A DNA stretch of 64,000 nt from Verrucomicrobiia bacterium (GTDB lineage: Bacteria > Verrucomicrobiota > Verrucomicrobiia > Limisphaerales > UBA1319). Made by a program: the position numbers and the translations under genes. The stretch's first letter is position 1. Each line of letters begins with the position of its first letter. The stretch lies in NCBI GenBank assembly GCA_963664225.1, contig OY760937.1:1408001-1472000 (forward strand). Reading direction: 5' to 3'. This document shows positions 57,736-64,000 of this stretch, in pieces. The notes under the pieces were generated by a model. It was not told the DNA's origin. It did not search any database and saw only the letters and a list, made by a program, of their open reading frames with translations.

Positions 57736-60567
57736 GTGCTCACGTTACTGGAAAAGATCGAAGCGGACGCGGCAGCACGGTTGCCGATTCCGTCCGGGCG
57801 TCAACCCGCGCAGGATTTAACGGGCTATAAGACCTATCTCAAGGTTGAAACGCACCGATTGAAAATCCTGCATTGCGGCGGGGCAGGGGGACGGGAAATA
57901 TGCCAAGCCCGGGCGGCCATGATGGACGCCCTATTGCGTCATTTGCTTTTGGCGGCCAAGGCGGCCATCCCGGCAACCGGGAAGACACCCCCGCCTCCGC
58001 TTGCCCTTGTGGCGATCGGGGGATATGGCCGCAGCGAATTGAATCCCCAGAGCGATATCGACATCATGTTTCTCCACGACGGCGGCGATCTGGTGGAACA
58101 TGGAAAACATCACGCCTGCATGTCCGCGTTGACCCAGGCGATGCTGTATCCGCTTTACGACATCGGCATCAAAGTGGGACACTCAGTCCGCACGATCAAG
58201 GAGTGCGTGAAAGTGGCCAACAGCGACATGCAATCCAAAACGTCGCTCATCGAGGCGCGGTTGGTGACCGGGGACGCGGCTTTGTTTGCGCGGATGCAAA
58301 AGGAGGTCGTGGAAAAGTGCATCGAGGGATACGAAAACGAGTATATCGCGGCGCGATTGGAGGATCAGTCGGCGCGGCGCGCAAAATTCGGGGACTCGGC
58401 CTCAATGCAGGAACCTAATATCAAGAATGGCTGCGGCGGGTTGCGTGACTACCAAAACCTGCTGTGGATGGCTTATTTCAAATACCGGGTGCGAACGTTG
58501 GAAGAACTCCAGGAACGCGAATGGATCAGCGAATCCGAGAGGCGCCAACTGGAGGGAGCCTATGATTTTCTGCTGCGCGTCCGCAATGACCTTCACTACC
58601 ACGTGAAGCGCCCGTTGGACGTGATTCTCAAAAGCGTTCAACCGACCCTGGCCAACAACCTGGGCTACACGGACCGATCGCCCATCAAGCGCCTGGAAAA
58701 ATTCATGCGTGTGCTTTACACGCACCTGCGCAACGTCTATTTGATCACCCGCACCCTTGAGCAGCGGCTGGCGTTCCAGCAGAAACCCAAGCCCAGGCCA
58801 TCCCTTCGCGAATTGCTGCTGCCGCTCCGCCGGGAGAAACCCGAGCAGTTGGTTGACGGCTTCAAGATCATGAATGGAGAGTTGCTGCCCGGATCGAGTC
58901 GTGTGTTTCGCGACCAACCGCGCCGATTGATGCGCGTTTTTCTGCATGCGCAACAGCGAGGGTTGAAATTGCATCCCGACCTCATCCAGATGATCCGCCA
59001 CCAGCTCAATCTGGTGGATCGCAATTTTCTCCATGACCCGCATGTGCATGAGACCTTCCTGGAGATCCTCAACCAACGAGGCAACGTGGCGCCAACGTTG
59101 CGAACGATGCATGAAGTGGACCTTCTTGGACGCTATATGCCCGAGTTTGGCAAGTTAACCTGTCTCGTTCAGCACGAATTTTTTCATCGCTATACCGCCG
59201 ACGAGCACACGTTGATTTGTCTGGAAATGCTGGACGCGGTTTGGGCTGGAAAGACCGCCCCATTCAATCGCTATACCACCCTGTTTCAAAAGATTGAACG
59301 GCCGTTTGTTCTCTATCTGGCGCTTCTCCTCCATGATGCTGGAAAGTCCGCGATGACGCGCAAACACACCGATGACAGCGTTCGCATGGCGCAGCACGCG
59401 GCCAAGCGGCTGGGGCTGGACGCACAGGCCACGCAATCGCTTAAACTGATCATCGAAAACCATCTTGCGATGATTCAAATTTCCCAGAGCCGCGATCTTG
59501 AGGATCCGTCCATTGCCCGCAAATTCGCGGTTCAGATCAAAACACTTGAGAATCTCAACTGCCTCCTGCTGCATACGTTGACTGATTCGCTTGGGACCCG
59601 CTCCGACCTGTGGGGGGATTTCAAGGAGGCGCTTGTTCTCACGCTTTATGAGCAGACCAAGCAGGCGCTCTCAGGGGATGGCAGTGTGGAGCGGGTCGAG
59701 GACAAACAGCGCGAATTGCTCGCTCAATCCGTGCGGAAAACGCTGCCCAAAACCATCGGTGTGGATGAATTTACGGCCCATTTTGAAATGATGCCGGCCC
59801 GCTATTTTCAAATGTATTCGGCCAATGAAGTGCTGGCTGACATTCAATGCGCCCACCAATTTTTACAACTCCAGACGCACGAGGGCAGCGGCCCCCTGGA
59901 GCCGGTTCTTGCCTGGAGCAATATCGCCGACCGCGGCTATGCCATCCTAAAAGTCTGCACATGGGACCGCGCCGGCCTGTTCAGTAAAATTGCCGGAGCG
60001 TTGACATCGGCCGAATTGAACATTCTTGGCGCGCGCATTTTTTCGCGGTCTGATGGAATTATTTTTGACACCTTTTTTGTGGCTGAAGCGCGGACTGGCG
60101 CATTGCCTGGAAAGGAAATTCGGGAGAAATGCGAGGCGCTGGTCAAGTCCTCACTCACCACCAATCTTGATGTGGGCATCTTGATCAACCAACAAAAAGC
60201 GGGCCGTCCCCTTTACCAGTACCTGGAGGGCGAACGCATTCCCACAGTCATACGCTTCGACAATTCCTCCTCCGAAACCCATACCATTATTGATGTGGAA
60301 ACCGAGGATCGCGTTGGGTTGCTCTACACCTTGTCCCGCACCCTCAGCGAATTGGGGTTGGACATTGCCACCTCAAAAATCAGCACGGAAAAAGGCGCGG
60401 CTCTGGACAGCTTCTATGTCCGCCAGATGCACGATGGAAAAATCGTCGATGCCGATCGCACCAAGGCAGTCGAAGATGAGTTGCGCGCCGCCGTGATGTC
60501 CCTGGATGGAGCCGCTGGAAAAGCCCACGCCAGCCACGCAACAGGGTTTGAAATCAAATCGAGTTGA
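57736..60567 (+). CDS. glnD: [Protein-PII] uridylyltransferase
   Basis: AIGGYGR..SDID, EPNIKNG.GGLRD, HRYTADEH and LLHDAGK motifs; two ACT domains (DRAGL, DRVGLL). Confidence 0.96.
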   Translation: MLTLLEKIEADAAARLPIPSGRQPAQDLTGYKTYLKVETHRLKILHCGGAGGREICQARAAMMDALLRHLLLAAKAAIPATGKTPPPPLALVAIGGYGRSELNPQSDIDIMFLHDGGDLVEHGKHHACMSALTQAMLYPLYDIGIKVGHSVRTIKECVKVANSDMQSKTSLIEARLVTGDAALFARMQKEVVEKCIEGYENEYIAARLEDQSARRAKFGDSASMQEPNIKNGCGGLRDYQNLLWMAYFKYRVRTLEELQEREWISESERRQLEGAYDFLLRVRNDLHYHVKRPLDVILKSVQPTLANNLGYTDRSPIKRLEKFMRVLYTHLRNVYLITRTLEQRLAFQQKPKPRPSLRELLLPLRREKPEQLVDGFKIMNGELLPGSSRVFRDQPRRLMRVFLHAQQRGLKLHPDLIQMIRHQLNLVDRNFLHDPHVHETFLEILNQRGNVAPTLRTMHEVDLLGRYMPEFGKLTCLVQHEFFHRYTADEHTLICLEMLDAVWAGKTAPFNRYTTLFQKIERPFVLYLALLLHDAGKSAMTRKHTDDSVRMAQHAAKRLGLDAQATQSLKLIIENHLAMIQISQSRDLEDPSIARKFAVQIKTLENLNCLLLHTLTDSLGTRSDLWGDFKEALVLTLYEQTKQALSGDGSVERVEDKQRELLAQSVRKTLPKTIGVDEFTAHFEMMPARYFQMYSANEVLADIQCAHQFLQLQTHEGSGPLEPVLAWSNIADRGYAILKVCTWDRAGLFSKIAGALTSAELNILGARIFSRSDGIIFDTFFVAEARTGALPGKEIREKCEALVKSSLTTNLDVGILINQQKAGRPLYQYLEGERIPTVIRFDNSSSETHTIIDVETEDRVGLLYTLSRTLSELGLDIATSKISTEKGAALDSFYVRQMHDGKIVDADRTKAVEDELRAAVMSLDGAAGKAHASHATGFEIKSS

Positions 60568-60592
60568 CGGGACAGTGATCGGGTTTTACTTT
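60564..60592 (+). promoter_or_regulatory. Sigma70 promoter for the TPP riboswitch-thiC transcript
   Basis: TTGACG-17 nt-TACTTT; the -35 element overlaps the glnD stop codon. Confidence 0.6.
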
Positions 60593-60604
60593 TGCCCTAG
60601 AAGC

Positions 60605-60706
60605 GAGGGGAGCCCATGACGTCGCAAGTGCGGCGAGGCTGAGAGTTTCACGCGGGAGCGTGGAAGACCCTTAGAACCTGATCCAGATAATGCTGGCGAA
60701 GGGAAA
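60605..60706 (+). ncRNA. TPP riboswitch
   Basis: GGGGAGC...GGCTGAGA...GACCCTTAGAACCTGATCCAGATAATGCTGGCGAAGGGAA, directly upstream of thiC. Confidence 0.95.
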
Positions 60707-60763
60707 CATTCCCATTATTGGGCCATTCTCTTCATACAGGCTTTCTGCTCGCTGAGTTTCTGA

Positions 60764-62662
<1,899 letters not shown>

Positions 62663-62767
62663 GCGCGGACATCCTGTCATCGTGGACATGGATGACTTGA
62701 CCTGGCCAGCGAATCCAGGTTGCTTGCTTATCGCATAAATGGTTTCATGATTCCCGTTATGGCGATT

Positions 62768-63535
62768 ATGAAACCAGATCATCTGACCGGGTTGAACAAC
62801 GTTAATGGCGCCGCAATCCATGTTGCGGAAGATTACGCCTCGACGAGTCGTGCGGCGTCGGAATGGCTGGCAGGCGCCATTCAAGCCAAACCGGATTCCT
62901 TGCTCTGTCTGGCTACAGGCGCGTCTCCCACGGGCACCTACGCCGGCCTTGCAGAAAGATGCGCAGCCAGACCGGAACTTTTTAGAAAGGTCCGATACAT
63001 CAAAATGGATGAATGGGGTGGTCTGCCGATGGATGATCAAGCCTCTTCCGAGTTTTACTTGCGCAAACATGTCCTTGGTCCGCTGCGCGTTGATGAACAG
63101 CGCTATTTTGCGTGGAATAGCCGCCCTCTCGATGAAGCCGCCGAATGTCGGCGGGTCGCTGGCTGGGTGCAGTCCAATGGTCCCATTTCCATCGCCATTA
63201 TTGGCATGGGCTTGAATGGGCATGTCGGTTTCAACGAACCTTCCGATTCCTTGCCCTGCGGTCCCCATGTGGCGGAATTGTCGTTAATGTCTCAACAGCA
63301 TTCGATGTTGGGAGACCAAAAAGGAAAGATTCACTCCGGATATACCCTGGGAATGGACGACATTCTTCGTTCTCATAAAATCCTCCTATTGGTCAGTGGC
63401 GCATCGAAGGCCGAGCCGATGCGGCAATTGTTTTCGAGACAAATAACCACTCGATTTCCTGCATCCCTGTTATGGTTGCATCCCAACCTCTCCATTTTTT
63501 GCGACCGTGCATCCACCAGCCTCATTCAAGAATAG
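62768..63535 (+). CDS. Glucosamine/galactosamine-6-phosphate deaminase (isomerase) family; start uncertain
   Basis: LATGASP, MDEW, GMGLNGHVGFNEP and FPASLL motifs. Confidence 0.88.
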   Translation: MKPDHLTGLNNVNGAAIHVAEDYASTSRAASEWLAGAIQAKPDSLLCLATGASPTGTYAGLAERCAARPELFRKVRYIKMDEWGGLPMDDQASSEFYLRKHVLGPLRVDEQRYFAWNSRPLDEAAECRRVAGWVQSNGPISIAIIGMGLNGHVGFNEPSDSLPCGPHVAELSLMSQQHSMLGDQKGKIHSGYTLGMDDILRSHKILLLVSGASKAEPMRQLFSRQITTRFPASLLWLHPNLSIFCDRASTSLIQE

Positions 63536-63550
63536 GCGTTGCTCCTGATC

Positions 63551-64000
63551 ATGCCCGGAAAGGCCATAGGTATTGACATTGGCGGCACCAAGATGGCGGT
63601 TGGTGCCGTCAATAACGAGGGTTTGGTGCTGCATCAGGTGGTCCTGCCAACAGAGGCGGGGAAAGGTTTTTCAAGGGCGGTCAACCGATTGGCTGATGCC
63701 ATCGATGGCATTATGTCGCAAGTCTCTTCTGTGCCTGAGGATTGGGAGGGGATTGGCATCGGTTGCGCTGGCCCCGTCGATTCCATTCGGGGCCTTATCA
63801 ATAATCCGTTCACGCTGACTGGCTGGAATAATAGCGATATTCTAACGCCGTTGCGGGAGCGGTTTCGATTGCCCGTCCTTCTGGAAAACGATGTTGCTGC
63901 AGCGGCTTTGGGGGAATGGCGGTTTGGCGCCGGTTGTCGCTCGAACCCAATGCTGATGCTCATGTTTGGCACAGGAGTGGGGGGTGCTGTTGTCCGCGAT
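63551..64000 (+). CDS. ROK family sugar kinase, truncated by the window edge
   Basis: Manual translation gives MPGKAIGIDIGGTKM...GIGIGCAGPVD...LENDVAAAALGEW.FGAG...GTGVGG. Confidence 0.9.
   Translation, partial: MPGKAIGIDIGGTKMAVGAVNNEGLVLHQVVLPTEAGKGFSRAVNRLADAIDGIMSQVSSVPEDWEGIGIGCAGPVDSIRGLINNPFTLTGWNNSDILTPLRERFRLPVLLENDVAAAALGEWRFGAGCRSNPMLMLMFGTGVGGAVVRD

Overview
A gene-dense bacterial window with no rRNA, tRNA, CRISPR array or intact mobile element recognised. The gene content (prepilin/H-X9-DG protein, planctomycete-type cytochrome c, sulfatase, secreted proteins carrying an 'FYRV' domain) points to a PVC bacterium, probably Verrucomicrobiota (inference). Left to right it contains: a C30 (staphyloxanthin-like) carotenoid cluster; infA and an RRM gene; MFS, sulfatase and LarA genes; a bioA/bioF/SDR/amidohydrolase/hpf/xylB run; pfkB, thiE, accC, accB, aroQ and holB; an accessory block at 27.4-39.4 kb; a wzm/wzt polysaccharide locus with a GT10 fucosyltransferase; CCA enzyme, NtrC-type regulator, ispF, aas, marR and glnD; and a TPP riboswitch with thiC, nagB and a ROK gene. 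The most striking signal is in the accessory block. An ECF sigma/anti-sigma pair sits among three identically spaced copies of CGGGAACA-N16-YTCTTA, one upstream of the sigma gene and one upstream of each of two giant secreted proteins (a 7x MBG adhesin-like protein and a 2x cupredoxin-3x Ig-TIGR03118-3x CHRD protein). Both giant proteins share a ~65-aa 'FYRV' domain, and cytochrome c, CusF-SCO and prepilin genes lie alongside. This suggests a copper-related cell-surface regulon. All family calls come from motif recognition by eye; no database searches were run.
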